Below are positions 11,365 through 24,810 of a stretch of DNA of 64,000 bases, piece after piece. How positions within the stretch are numbered: position 1 is the stretch's first letter; every line of letters starts with the position of its first letter. Source of the stretch: Mobula birostris (taxonomy: Eukaryota). A program made the position numbers and the translations under genes. The DNA is taken from contig NC_092386.1 in the NCBI RefSeq assembly GCF_030028105.1, positions 28,619,721-28,683,720 on the forward strand, read 5' to 3'. Under the pieces are notes generated by a model. It had not been told where the DNA came from. It worked only from the letters and a program-made list of their open reading frames with translations, and did not search any database.

Positions 11365-13420
11365 TAAAGTCAAAGAGATATACAGCGCAGAAACAGGCCT
11401 TTCAGCCCATCTAGTCCATGCTGAAACCATTTAAACTGTCTATTCCCATCAGCCTGCCCTTCATATCCCTACTATCCATGTACTTTTCCAAACTTTTCTT
11501 TTAAAAAAAAGCTTGGTTGCACCATTTGTGCTGGCAGCTCATTCCATGCTCTCCCAACCCTCCAGGTGAAGAAGTTTCCACTCATGTTCCCCTTAAACCT
11601 CACCTTTCACCCTTAAGCCATGACCTCTGGTTGTAGTTCCTCCCAACCTCAGTGGAAAAAGCCTGCTTGCACTTACCCTATCTGTACCCCCCCCCCAATA
11701 ATTTTGTATACCTCTATCAAATCTCTATCTTCTACGTTCTAAAGAATACAGTCCTAACGTATTCAAACTTTCCTTTTAAACTCAAGTTCTCCAGACTCGG
11801 CAACATTTTCTATGCACTCTTTCAACCTTGTTTACATCTTTCCTGTATGTAGATGACCATATCTGCACACAATACTCCAAATCAGGCCTGCCTAACATCT
11901 TATTCAACTGCGACATAACATTCCATCTCCTGTACTCGATACATTGATTTATGAAGGCCAACGTGCCAAAAGCTTTCTTTATGCCCCTATCACTCATAGA
12001 ATTTTTTGAGGAAGTAACTAGTAGAGTGGATAGGGGAGAACCAGTGGATGTGGTATATTTGGATTTTCAAAAGGCTTTTGACAAGGTCCCACACAGGAGA
12101 TTAGTGTGCAAACTTAAAGCACACAGTATTGGGGGTAAGGTATTGATGTGGATAGAGAATTGGTTGGCAGACAGGAAGCAAAGAGTGGGAATAAACGGGA
12201 CCTTTTCAGAATGGCAGGCAGTGACTAGTGGGGTACCGCAAGGCTCAGTGCTGGGACCCCAGTTGTTTACAATATATATTAATCACTTGGATGAGGGAAT
12301 TAAATGCAGCATTTCCAAGTTTGCGGATGACATGAAGCTGGGCAGCAGTGTTAACTGTGAGGAGGATGCAGGGTGACTTGGATAGGTTAGGTGAGTGGGC
12401 AAATTCATGGCAGATGCAATTTAATGTGGATAAATGTGAAGTTATCCACTTTGGTGGCAAAAGCAGGAAAACAGATTATTATCTGAATGGTGGCCGTTTA
12501 GGAAAAGGGGAGGTGCAACGAGACCTGGGTGTCATTATACACCAGTCATTGAAAGTGGGCATGCAGGTACAGCTGGCGGTGAAAAAGGCGAATGGTATGC
12601 TGGCACTTATAGCAAGAGGATTCGAATACAGGAGCAGGGAGGTACTACTGCAGTTGTACAAGGCCTTGGTGAGACCACACCCTGGAGTATTGCGTGCAGT
12701 TTTGGTCCCCTAATCTGAGGAAAGACATTCTTGCCATAGAGGGAGTACAAAGAAGGTTCACCAGATTGATTCCTGGGAGGGCAGGACTTTCATATGATGA
12801 AAGACTGGATGAACTAGGTTTATACTCGTTAGAATTTAGAAGATTGAGGGGGGGATCTGATTAAAACGTATAAAATCCAGGCTAGATGCAGGAAGATTGT
12901 TCCTGATGTTGGGGAAGTCCAGAACGAAGGGTCACAGTTTGAGGATAAAGGGGAAGCCTTTTAGGACCGAGATTAGGAAAAACTTCTTCACACGGAGAGT
13001 GGTGAATCTGTGGAATTCTCTGCCACAGGAAACAGTTGAGGCCAGTTCATTGGCTATATTTAAGAGGGAGTTAGATAAGGCCCTTGTGGCTAAAGGGATC
13101 AGGGGGCATGGAGAGAAGGCTGGTACAGGGTTCTGAGTTGGATGATCAGCCATGATCATACTGAATGGCGGTGCAGGCTCAAAGGGCCAAATGGCCTACT
13201 CCTGCACCTATTTTCTATGTTCCTACCTGTAACACCACCTTCAACAAATTATATACCTGTATTCCCAAATCCATTTGTTCTGCTACACTCCTCATTGCCC
13301 TACCGTTTACTGTGTAAGACCTACCCTGGTTGGTCCTACCAAAGTGCAAAACCTCACATTTATCTGCATTAAATTCCGTCTGCCATTTTTTAGCCCATTT
13401 TTCCAGCTGATGCAGATCCT
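11365..13420 (-). mobile_element. CR1 3' fragment (host), split at ~11991/13223 by a younger CR1
   Basis: ORF 11782..11997(-) KKAFGTLAFINQCIEYR..RPDLEYCVQIWS. The host sequence resumes at CTACCTGTAACACC after the insert. Confidence 0.8.
11992..13222 (+). mobile_element. 5'-truncated CR1 LINE (RT, frameshifted)
   Basis: EFFEEVT..VDVVYLDFQKAFDKVPH..SGVPQGSVLGPQLF..KFADD; 3' UTR GGCCTACTCCTGCACCTATTTTCTATGT. Confidence 0.92.
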
Positions 13421-13609
13421 GTTGTTTAACTTTGAATATTAAGGATAATTCAACTAAGTTTTATGGAAGCTCGAAGGATTTTTTTCAATAAAAGAGGTAA
13501 GTTGACAACTTCTCCAAGCATGATTGAAAGTCTTGAATTCTTGTCACCAATTAGAGTTTTGCCTTAGCCCAAAACTACTATCACTTTTACCATACAATAT
13601 TTATGTTGT

Positions 13610-13856
13610 TAATGTTAATGTGGTGAATTTGTGGAACTTGTTGCCACATGCAGCTGTGGAGGCCAGGTCATTGAGTGTATTTAAGGCAGAGATTGATAAG
13701 TTCTCGATTGGACATGGCATCAAAAGATACGGGAAGATGGCTGGGAACTGGGGCTGAGGAGGAGATAGGAAAAAAGGATCAGCCATGATTGAATGGCTGA
13801 GCAGACTCGATGGGCCAGATGGCCTAATTCTGCTCCTATGTCTTAGGTCTTATGTT
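13610..13856 (+). mobile_element. CR1 3' terminal fragment
   Basis: VVNLWNLLP..FKAEIDKF; tail GGCCTAATTCTGCTCCTATGTCTTAGGTCTTATG. Confidence 0.8.
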
Positions 13857-15789
13857 TAGAAAAAATAAAGGTAACTTTAAGACCCTAAAGAAGAGCATTT
13901 TTTCTTCTTTGAGGTTGTATTAGTATTGATTGTCTGATGAGCAGTGAATCCATAAATCAGTTTGTTCCCATTAAATGTAAAATTTTACTCAGGTGGCTAT
14001 ATTGCTGAACACCGATTGCCGAAATCTGAACCAAAAGATAAGTTCAAATTCAGCTATGGCAGGTTGAGAATTTGTACTGTTTAAATAACATTCTGTAAAT
14101 AAAAGGTTAGCATTGATAAAAGGGACCATGAAAATGCTCAATTGTTACAGTTGATTCATTAATATGAATGAAGCATACTTGCCTGAGAACTGGACTCTTT
14201 GCATATTTTCTTAATGTTCGTTCATCATACGAATCATTTTTGGTCAATTCACAATCATCAGGAAGTTAACTCAGGTGTTTTGGACATGGCTTATTGTAGT
14301 ATGGATGTCATTTCTTCAGCAGCAGTTGTGAAGTTGATGGCATCAGAGTTCACAAGGCTTTTCTTCAACACTGCCAGCAGAAATTGAGTTTTGGGGTGAA
14401 GCCTACCTACGCTCTGTTTGTCATGCAGGGTTCAGAAATGAAACTGCTATTAAGTTGTCTGCACTGGCGGCTCATTGATCAAGAGTACCATGCAATGAAT
14501 CAGGTTCACTCACTGCCAGGTAGTTGATCAGGTGAGGTCACCGTGTGTCTAGGTATTCAGATGCACTGGAGGGCACCATAATCCTCTTTTCATATTTCCT
14601 TCATTTGACACTTTTTATGGCCACTGTACCTGGCTGCCACAGAGTCATTTTAGTGCTGTAATGTTTGCCAGCAATCAGCGTGACAATGGCATGTGAACCC
14701 ACGTTACAGCTTCTGAAAGGTACAGACCCATTTTAGTGCATAAAACTGTGTGCTGCACAAAAGTGTAAACTTTAAGTATTTTAGCCCAATTTTTCAATTC
14801 TTTTCAGAATATCAGTGAAAATTAGTGTAATATGCACTAAAATAGGAGCACTAATTTCTATGTGCCTGTCTTGTGCTGGTGTTAACTCTTTTGATACTCA
14901 GCATCCTAGCAACATCACTGGCTCTTAGTGAACTTTAAGGTAGCCTGGAAAACCAGTCAGTGGAATTGGGCTGCTGTACTTCTGCAACAAACAATTCAGG
15001 CAGCACGACAGAAAGTGAACAATAATTGCCAGACTTGAGAAAGGATTAACAAAATTTAATTGAGTACTTAAAGTGCTGTTTTTGTTTCAATACTTTATGG
15101 TATACAGATGGAGTGCTGCTTGGTCCACACATTACATTGTTTTACATCACTTGAAAACAATGGCAAAATAATAATTTCATGCTCTTAGTAGAATATATTT
15201 AAGATTGGATTATCATTAATTACTTTACGAATGCCAAAAATCCGTTACTTCAAAATAAGCAGCGCAGCTGAAAAATTGAGGATATTATACAGTAAGTACT
15301 TGATTTTGATTGTTTATTTTATGATGGCATTTATCATGAATCATGCAATAGTCACTTGGCAGCTTCCAATGTTTTTATCTCAATATTTATCTGAAATTTA
15401 AGTCTTTGATTAGATATGTTTTGTATCCTGGCAGCCCTCTTTCATGTTTGAACCATTTTGAAGTAGTGAGCAACAGAATATTATTGTGCATAAACTGTCA
15501 GGATGCATAATGTTTGTTTGCATAGTTCAGTGGAAATTATAACTCTTATACTATGTACCAATGGTTGCAACCCTAGATAATGCACTCCTTCTTAAAGGGA
15601 ATAAGTGATATGGTTAGCTGCAATTGGGCAAGTAATTGTCACAGAGGGAATTTTCCATAAAAGTTGAACGCCAAAGCAAATAGCACATAAACAGATTATG
15701 GTAAGTGGCAGTAAGTGTTACTGCATGTTGAAGAAAAAATATAAAATCTTATATTTCACATAGCGTTTGGTTTTCCAATAGGACACTTC

Positions 15790-16093
15790 ACTCAACTTCA
15801 CTTGCCCTATCACTGAAATGCTCCTGCTATCTATGGACTCACTTTCAAGGATTCTTCATCTCATGTTCTCAATATTTATTGCTTATTTATTATTATTATT
15901 TCTTCTTTTTTGTATTTGCACAGTTTGTTGTCTTTTGCTCCCTGGTTGAACACCCAAGGTGTTGTGATCTTTCATTGATTATGGTTATTATTTTATTATG
16001 GATTTATTGAGTATACCCACAAGAAAATGAATCTGAGGGTTTTTTATGATGACGTATATGTACTTTGATAATCAATTTACTTTGAACTTTGAA
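15790..16093 (+). mobile_element. Rex1-type LINE 3' UTR fragment
   Basis: Ends ATGTACTTTGATAATCAATTTACTTTGAACTTTGAA, the same tail as the element at 8785. Confidence 0.55.
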
Positions 16094-16300
16094 AATATGC
16101 TCAGTTAGAAATTCATCCCTGTTTATGGGCTATATGCACAAAATAGCAATATATGCTCATTGTACTAAATTAAAGAAAATCAAGAGCAAAGTACAAAAAG
16201 TCACTGCATTGAAGTTGAACTTCTGGCCTGTTGTTTCTGATTTCCTTGAATTATACACTGTAAATGTTCCTAGTATAACATGCAGTATTAACTTTGACAG

Positions 16301-16361
16301 ATGATTAAGAGGAATATGAATAACGCCAGGAGAATGGCTTCCCATCCAACACTACCTTACT
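16301..16361 (+). CDS. DMXL1: DMXL1 coding exon (MIKRNMNNARRMASHPTLPY)
   Basis: Acceptor gacag|ATG, donor T|gtgagt; 61 nt, phase 0-1; SHPTLPY motif. Confidence 0.92.
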
Positions 16362-16834
16362 GTGAGTTTTCTGTGAGCATAACCCTGTATGTATGTGATA
16401 GTCAAGACTGTATATCTTGAGTTTATTGTCATTTTAGAATTATTAAACTGTCTTTAACATTTTTTGCAATAAATTGCAATTGAGTAAAATATTTTGGTGG
16501 GAGTCTTTGTCTAAGAAATAAGTTTTATGTCAGTGAGATGACAGTTTTGAATAAAATATTGATTCTGATGGTATAAGAAGATTGTATTAATGTACATCTT
16601 TTGTCAGTCGGGAATCTGGGTGACTGGTGATATAAGGCTCAAAAACATTAATGAAAATTGCTCTATTAAATTATGAACTGTTTTCTTTCCCTGAATGACC
16701 CAATTTTGGGTCTGTTTTCTTTCAGAATCAAACTGATAGGGAGAAATTGCTGTATTCTTGTTTCTCCTTTCTGTTAGTGCATTTGTATCATTATATTTGA
16801 CTGCAGTATTTTCCTGCTAAGGCTTCTTATGTAG

Positions 16835-16917
16835 CAGGGTTTCCAATCTTTTTTTGTTATGCCATAGACCAATACCATTAAGCAAGTGGTCTGTAGACCC
16901 CAAGTTGAGAACCCCTA
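16835..16917. mobile_element. hAT/Charlie-type MITE (~83 bp)
   Basis: Inverted ends CAGGGTTTCCAATCT ... AGTTGAGAACCCCTA resemble CAGGGGTTCCCAAC-type TIRs. No 8-bp TSD is recognisable. Confidence 0.55.
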
Positions 16918-17710
16918 ATACAAAGGATTCAGCCAAAAGATTGTGTTTATTTCTAGGAAGGATATAAAGGGTCTTGGGAAAAAGCTTGTTAGGAGGGTTC
17001 CAAGGATGTTTGTTTTCTCTCTAAGGTGGAGAGACTGGAGAAAGTATAGTTCTCATTCGTACTGAGAAAGGGAGATTTAATAAAGATGTTCAAAATCCTA
17101 GATAAATAAGGGGGAATAAAGCAATCAGATAAACCAAATGTAAAAATAATTGTCAAAAGAGCAAAAGGAGATGTGAGAAATCTTCCAATCTAAGCTGTTC
17201 TCTTGCGGTGTGTATTTCCATAATGCACTGGTGAGTGTTGATCTTGGGGAGAAAGTTCTCTCATAAATATAACTTGTGCTTGCATTGTTTCAGGCAACTG
17301 AGAAGAAGATATTGAGTTAGAAGACTAATTCCTCTGATAGTTGAGTTTATTGTTGACAGTTTGAGGGAAATAAAGTTCTGGTTGCCCATCAAATTTTAAA
17401 TTTATAGGGAGAAGATTATGCATCAACAATGGCAAAAAGCAGATGTAATGAGGAATGTCCTCAGAACAGGCAGATTTAATTTATTACCCACATCTTAACT
17501 ACGTTTCTCATTGACATTATGGAATATATAAGATGCATCTGGTATACAGTTAACATCTGGTTTCTTCAAAACTATTGCTTTCCCACCGTTTGTATTATAT
17601 TAATAAAGTGCATCCATTTCATTCAAAATTTTGAAGTTGTTATTGAAATAGTATAAGGCAATAGATCAGAAGAAAATCATTAAATTGTACCAACTTATCA
17701 AATTATCTAG

Positions 17711-17838
17711 ATCTGACTGGTGCTCAAGATGGTAGTGTTCGGATATTCGAATGGGGCCACTCACATCAACTAGCATGCTTTCGACCTTCTGGCAATTCAA
17801 GGATAACAAGAATCCGATTCAATCATCAGGGTAATAAG
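17711..17838 (+). CDS. DMXL1: DMXL1 coding exon (YLTGAQDGSVRIFEWGHSHQLACFRPSGNSRITRIRFNHQGNK)
   Basis: Acceptor ctag|AT, donor AAG|gtatgg; 128 nt, phase 1-0; WD40 signature LTGAQDGSVRIFEW. Confidence 0.94.
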
Positions 17839-17869
17839 GTATGGTATCTAGGAAAGGAATTTTTTAAAT

Positions 17870-18160
17870 ATATTTACTTATTTAGAGGATCAGCACACAG
17901 TAGGCCCTTCAGACCCTCTAAGCCGCACTGCCCCAGCAACCCCAGTAAACCCCGATTTAACTCTAACCTAATCATGACCAATTAATCTACCCAGTTTGTA
18001 TTTGGACTGTGGGAGGAAATGGGAGCAGCGAGGTAAAATCCACGCATTCCACGGGGAGGATGTACAAACACCCCTTACAGAAGACACCAGAATTGAACAC
18101 TAAACTCTGATGCCCCGACCTATAGTAGCGTTGCGCTAACAGCTATGCTACCGTGGCGCC
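17870..18160 (-). mobile_element. tRNA-derived HE1-like V-SINE
   Basis: Minus strand has an A-box-like TAGCATAGCTGTT, a B-box-like GTTCAATTC and the V-domain TTTCCTCCCACAGTCCAAA. Confidence 0.75.
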
Positions 18161-18756
18161 TACAAAGGAAGGCGCCAGTTTTACTGTTTTAGTTTTACTG
18201 TTTTTCGACATTATGTCATCACCTCAATGAGAGATGACTATAATAGGCAGTTTATATACACATTTGGCAACGAGGATCATTCTTGTGGTTGCAAGAAAAG
18301 TAATTATGAATGTCATCAGATTCTCTCAAACCTGTTTTTGGTTTGCTGTTGTATTAAATTGAATCTCCTCTACATTCTTCCATCCGCTACCTTTGCAATC
18401 CCATTCCAACCCTGCTTTTAACCTCAAATGTAACAATTTGCAAGGAGATTTTCATTGCATTGCCAAGATAGAAAGATCATCCATTTAGTTGTCTCTACCA
18501 CTCTACCACTTCTTGCCAACAAAGATTTTTTTTAAATTTCCTTAGGCACTCCCTTTCTGATTTGACCATAGCGAGAGCATCCAAGCAGTATGTCATCTTG
18601 TGGTAATTTAAGAGCCTTCTCTTTGGTTTTGTCCTATCTGCATGCTGCCCTTGATAACAATAAATTTCAAGTCAATTTTCATTCATGTGCCTGATGCTTC
18701 CATCTTCTACCACTCTCTGTCTCTGACCATTTGCAGTTCATATTACACTAAAATTG

Positions 18757-19051
18757 GGCACCATGGCAGTTTAGCAGTTGACATGTTGCTATTACCTCCT
18801 GGGGTGTTCTGGAGTTCAGAGTTCAATTTCAGCACTATTCTGCAAGGTGTCTCTATTTTCCTCCGTGGAATGTGTGAGTTTTCACCGGATCCTCTGGTTT
18901 CCTTACACAATCCAAAGATGTACCGACTAGGTTAATTGTCCCATGATTAGGTTAGGGTTAATCGGGTTTGTCGGGGGTTGATGAGGTGACATGGCTCATA
19001 AGGCTGGAAGGGCCTACTCCGCTCTGTATTGCTAAAAAAAAAAAAAAAAAA
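18757..19051 (+). mobile_element. HE1-like V-SINE with A-tail
   Basis: GGCACCATGGCAGTTTAGCAGTT..GAGTTCAATT..CTGGTTTCCTTACACAATCCAAAGATGTACC; A-run at 19034-19051; same family as the copy at 17870. Confidence 0.72.
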
Positions 19052-20065
19052 TCCTAACACATAATTGCACCATTATAAGATAATTATTCTGGTGCATCCA
19101 GCCTCTTACTCTTGATATTCTGCAAACTTTTGCTTGTTGTAAACTCTGCTGTTGATTAATAGCATAAAGAGGACTAATAGCATGAAATATTTTCTTTTGT
19201 TTCCAATCCTCTTTAGTGGCCTGTTTTAGTTCTTGTAATGCTTTCACAAGACTATACTTATGTCTTTCAAAATCCTCATTCCATTGTAACCTTCTCTATC
19301 TCTACTTGCCATTGTCAAAAACACAAAAATAAAAATTGGGCTGTGACAAGAGAAACAGTTAAATGATTCAGATCAATTATCCTTTATTCCTTTTCACTTG
19401 CCTTGAGACCTTATGTAGCTTCCTACCTATCTATGCATATTTAATAGTAGTCATCAAAAATAGTTTTTTGCCCTTTTATCTTGAACTGTTAATGAATCTC
19501 TAATGAATATTATGTGTTTGTTTATAGCAAGTTTATTAAAGTTCATTAAATATAATCTAAAGCCAATTTCCATGTCAAGAAAGTGGACCTAAACGCAGGT
19601 AAATTGGAACCAGAAGTGGACAGAACAGTGTGCTATCTTTAAGGAAGCAGTGGTTCTAATAAAGTGGAAGCACATGAAAAGCAAAGAAAGAAAAACAATT
19701 CAGAACTCCCCAGATGGCAAAAGAGATGCAGCAGAAAAGCAAAAAAAAAGGCTGCTTATGAAAATGTAGGGATTTAAATTTCATCATGACCCAGGCTGAT
19801 AACAATAAAATCAAAGCGGAATTAAAACCTGAGAAGTAAGAAAAGAGCATGTAAGGTAAAGAATACTTGCAACATGAATGGGAATACAAACGTTATTTCA
19901 ATGTAGGAAAACTGAAATGGTAGTACATGGAGAATGGAACATTATAAAAACTAAAATGGATGCTGAAGGCAATGTTAAGCCATGAGATGAATTATTTGCA
20001 ACAGTCTTCAGCAAAGAAGGTGTTTCCAAATAATATAGGTGGTGGAGATCGTGAGATGCAAGATG

Positions 20066-23000
20066 CAGTTGCAAGAAACGTTTGTGATCCTTTCGCAGTT
20101 ACCTGGTTTCCTGCATTAATAACTCATAAAATGTGGTCCGATCTTCATCTGAGTCACAATAATAGACAAACACATCTGCCTAAACTAATAGCACACAAGC
20201 AATTGAGCTACTTCTCGTCAATCATGAGTACACCATTTAAACAATCACTGTCTAGGTTCAACGAAGTATGTGAAACTTTGGGGTAATGCCTTCTACAAAA
20301 GCTATTCGGAGTCAGGTGTTCCAATCAGTGAGATGAGATTGGAGGTGTGGGTTGTAGAGGTGTACTGCCCTATTAAAAAAAAGACACGAGGTCAGGTTAC
20401 TGATACAGCCTGCTCTTAAGAAAGAGCTGTTTAAGTGCACCATGCCTCGAGCAAAACAACTTTCAGAGGACCTTAGAATAAGAGTTGTAGAGATGCATGA
20501 AGATGGATTGTAATGGGGAACTTCAGTATGCAAGTGGATTGGAAGAATCAGGTTGGTGTCTGATCACAAGGGAGGGACTTTGTTGAATGCCGAAGAAATA
20601 GCTTTTTAGAGCAGCTTGTGCTTGAGCCTACTCGGAGAAAGGCTATCTTAGATTGGGTGTTGTGTAATAGCCCAGATCTTATAAGGAGCTTAATGTAAAA
20701 GAACCTTTAAGAGGCAGTGATCATAATATGATTGAATTCTTACTACAATTTGATATATCAGTATCGCAGTGGAATAAAGGGAATTACAGAGGCATGAGAG
20801 AGGAGCTTGCCCAGGTAGATTGAAGGAGGATACTGGCAGGGATGGCGGCAGAATAGAGATGCTGAAGTTTCTGGGAATAGTTCACAAGGCGCGGGATAGA
20901 TATGTCCCACAGAGAAAGAAGTTCTCAAATGGCAGAGGCAGGCGACCATGGGTGACATAGAAAGTTAGGGACTGCATAAAAGCCAAGGAAAGGGCATATA
21001 AGTTAGCAAAAGTGAGTGGGAAGTTGGGTGATTGGGATGCTTTTAAAATTCAACGAAAGGCAACTAAAAAAAGTTATAAGAAGGGAAAAGATGAAATATG
21101 AAGGGAGAAATGCCAATAATATAAAGCAGGATACCACCAAGAGTTTTTTCAGTCATATAAAGAGTAAAAGTTGGGTGAGAGTTGATATTGGACCACTGGA
21201 AAATGACATTGGTGAGGTAGTAATAGGGCGCAAAGAAATGGCATATGAACTGAATAGCTACTTTGCATCTGTCTTTACTGTGGAAGACACTAGCAGTGTG
21301 CCAGAGGTCCATGAGTGTCAGGGAGCAGGAGTGAGTGTCATTGCTATTACAAAGGAAAAAGTGCTAGGTAAACTCAAAGGTCTTAAGGTGGATAAGTCAC
21401 CTAGACCAGATGGACTACATCCCAGAGCTCTGAAAGATCTGGCTGAAGAGATACCGAATGCATTGGTCATGATCTTTCAAGAATCACTTGATTCTGGCAT
21501 GGTCCCGGAGGACTAGAAAATTGCAAATGTCACTCCACTCTTTAAGAAGGGAAAATGGCAAAAGAAAGGAAATCATAGGCCAGTTGGCCTAACCTCAGTG
21601 GTTGGGAAAGTATTGGAGTCTATTATTAAGGATGAGGTTTCGGGTACTTGGGTTCTAGAAAGTATCAAGCAACATGGACAAAGGAGAGGCAGTGGATGTC
21701 ATTTACTTGCATTTTAAGAAGATGCTTGATAAGATGCCACACATGAAGCTGCTTAACAAAATAAAATCCTATGGTGTTACACGAACGATATGGCAGGGAT
21801 AGTGGAATGGCTGGCAGTCAGGAGGCAGCGAGTGGGAATAAAAGGGGGCCTTTTCTGGTTGGCTGCCAGTGACTAGTAGTGTTCTTCAGGGGGTCAGTAT
21901 TGGGACCACTACTTTTCACATAGTTTGTCAATGATTTAGATAATGGAATTGATGGCTTTGTGGCAAAGTTTGTGAATGATACAAAGATAGATGGAGGGAT
22001 AGGTAGTGCTGAGGAAGCAAAGCAATTGCAGTAGAACAGACAAATTGGAAGAATGGGCAAAAAAGGGGCAGATGGAATACAGTGTTGGGAAATGTATGAT
22101 AATGCATTTTGGTAAAAGGAACAAAAGTGAGGACTGTTATCTAAATGGGGAAAAGGTTCAAACATCAGCGGTGCAAAAGAACTTGGAAGTCCTTGTGCAA
22201 GACTCCCAGAAGGTTAATTTATAGTTGGAGTTTGTGGTAAAGAAGGCAAATGCAATGTTGACATTTATTTGAAAGGGAATAGAATATAAAAGCAAGGTGA
22301 TAATGCTGAGCCTTTATAAGACGCCAGTCAGGCTGCACTGTCAACTTTTTTGGGCCCCATATTTCAGAAAGGATGTATTGTCATTGGAGAGATTTCAGAA
22401 GAGGTTCACGAGGATGATTCTGAGAATGAAGGGGTTAACATATGGCAGCTTTGGGCCTGTACTCATTGGAATTTAGAAGAAGTGGGGGGATCTCATTGAA
22501 ACCTATGGAATGTGAAGAGATTGGATAGGGTTGATGGGTAGAGGATGTTTCCTATGGTGAGAGTATACAGAACTAGAGGACACAGCCTCAAGATTGAGGG
22601 GTGACCTTTCAGAACAGAGGTAAGGAAGCCTTTTTTTAGCCAGAGAGTAGTGAATCTGTGGAATGCTCTGCCGTAGACTGCAGTGGAGGCTGCAGTCTGT
22701 GGGTATATTTAAGATGGAAGTTGATCGTTTCTTGATGGTCAGGGCATTGAAGGATATGGTGAGAAGGCAGATGTATGGGGTTAAATGGTATTTCGGATAA
22801 GCCATGATGGAATGGTGGAGCAGACTCGATGGGCTGAATGGCCTAATTCTGCTCCTATGTATTCTGGTTTTATGGAAAAGGCTACAAAAACATTTCTAAA
22901 AACCTGAGTGTTCATCGGTACACAGTAAGAGAAACTGTCTACAAATGGAAGAAATTGAGTTCTGTTGCTACTCTTCTTAGAAGTGGGCATCCTGCAAAGG

Positions 23001-24037
23001 TCACACAAGAGAAACAACGTGAGATATTGAAGGTTAAAAAGAACCGAAGGGTAACAGCAAAAGACCCGCAGAAATCTCTGGAACTTGCTAAAGTTTCTGT
23101 TCATGTGTCCACTACAAGAAAAACACTGAACAAAAATAGTGTTCATGAAAGGACACCATGGAGGAAACCACTGCTCTCCAAAAAAACATTGCTACACATC
23201 TCACGTTTGCAAAGATATGTTCCTAGATGTTCCACAATGTTTCTGCGACAGTATCCTGTGGACAAATGAGCAAAAGTTGAGCTTTTTAGCAGAAATGCAC
23301 ACTACTATATTTGGAGTGAAAAGGGCATTACGCACCAACAGCAAAGCCTCATCCCAACTGCGAAACATGGTGGAAGCAGCATATAGGTTTGGGAATGCTT
23401 TGCTGCTTCAAGGTGTGGACAGCTTGCAATCATTGAGGGAACAATAAATTCAACACTGTATCAAGACCTTTTACAGGAGAATGTCAGGGTAGCAGTCCGT
23501 CAGCTGAATCTTAATGGAACTTGTATGATGCAACAAGACAGTGATCTGAAACACAAGAGTAAATCAACAATAGAATGGTATAAAAAGAGGAAAATTCATG
23601 TTTTGGAATAGCCAAGTCAGAGTCCAGACCTTAACCCAATTGAGATGCTGTGGCATGACCTGAAGAAGGCTGTTCATGCAAGGTATCCCAGAAATATTGA
23701 TGAACTGAACCAGTTTTGTATGGAGGAATGGTATAAATTCCTCCTCACCGTAGTGCAAGTCTGATCAGCAGCTACCAGAAGCGTTAGGTGGAGGTTATTG
23801 CTGCTAAAGTAGGTTCTACCAGTTATTAAATATCAGGGTTCACATACTTTTTTTCTAGCCTAGACTATGAATGATTGAAGTGTTCAGTAAACACATGAAA
23901 AGTACAATTGTTTGTGTGTTATTAGTTTAGGCAGATTGTATTTGTTTATTATTGTGCCTCATAAAGATCAGACCACATTGTCTGAGATACTAATGCAGAA
24001 AACCACAGGAAGGGTTCACAAATTTTTTTTACAACTG
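20066..24037 (+). mobile_element. Tc1-family DNA transposon with long (~210 bp) IR/DR-type inverted repeats; transposase pseudogene split by a CR1
   Basis: Left end CAGTTGCAAGAAACGTTTGTGA; right end TTCACAAATTTTTTTTACAACTG|TA. The arms match internally (TCTGCCTAAACTAATA / TATTAGTTTAGGCAGA). Transposase runs from ATG 20442 (MPRAKQLSEDLR) to 20507, then 22877-23829 with ILWTNE, QQDSDLKH and [11 protein letters not shown], with stops and frameshifts. Confidence 0.9.
20508..22871 (+). mobile_element. CR1 LINE (endonuclease through 3' tail, decayed) inserted in the Tc1 transposase
   Basis: ELNSYFASVFT..LKVDKSPRPDGLHPR motifs and a CR1 3' tail; flanked by ATGGA at 20503-20507 and 22872-22876. Confidence 0.9.
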
Positions 24038-24810
24038 TATGTTTAAAAATTAATAAGACTGTAAGACAAAGGAGCAGAACTAGGCCATTCAGTCCATCAA
24101 GTCTGCTCCGACATTCCATCATGGCTGATTTATTGTACCTATCAATCCCAGTCTCCATTTTAAATGTACCCAATGACTTGGTCCCCACAGCCATCTGTGG
24201 TAATGAATTAGACAGATTCACTCTCTCTGGCTAAAGAAATTACTCCTCGTCTCTGTTCTCTCTCCTTACTTGGATAAGGGCCACAAAGGTGCTCACAATG
24301 CTCACTCCGACCAATGACTTGTAAAGCCTCACAGTTACATCCTTGCTGTTAATATTTTAGTCCTCCTGAAATTAATACTAACATTGCATTTGCCTTCCTT
24401 AATATCAGCTCAACCTGCAAGTTAACCTTCCAGTCCATGTGACTTACCTACCCTCAGATCTTTCAGCTTCCCAAGCACCTTATCCTTAGTAATAGCAACC
24501 ACACTTACTTCTGCCCCTGTGAGACACTCTAGAAGTTCTGGCATACTGTTAGTTTCTTTCACACTGAAGAATAATGCATAATATCGGTGGCCAGAATATA
24601 GCTTCCATTAAAGTCTTTTTACCCCACAGTGTCTTAACCTCTACCCACAGGAATTCTACATCTCTGCTCCTATGTCACCTCTTTCAAAGGATTTGATTTA
24701 ATTTTTTTTTACCAACAGAGACAACCCACCTCCTCCGCCTACCTGACTGTTATTTTCTTACAGTGTTGTATCCTTGGATGTTCAGCTCCCAACTATGATC
24801 TTTCATCCAC

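Noticed and set aside
16700-17345. Acceptor-like sites at ~16725 and ~17293 as extra DMXL1 exons
   Set aside because: No good paired donor or DMXL-like peptide; the flanking exons already join in frame.
18060-18160. tRNA gene (A/B boxes; also at 18757)
   Set aside because: The boxes belong to tRNA-derived SINE heads followed by V-domain sequence; no cloverleaf.
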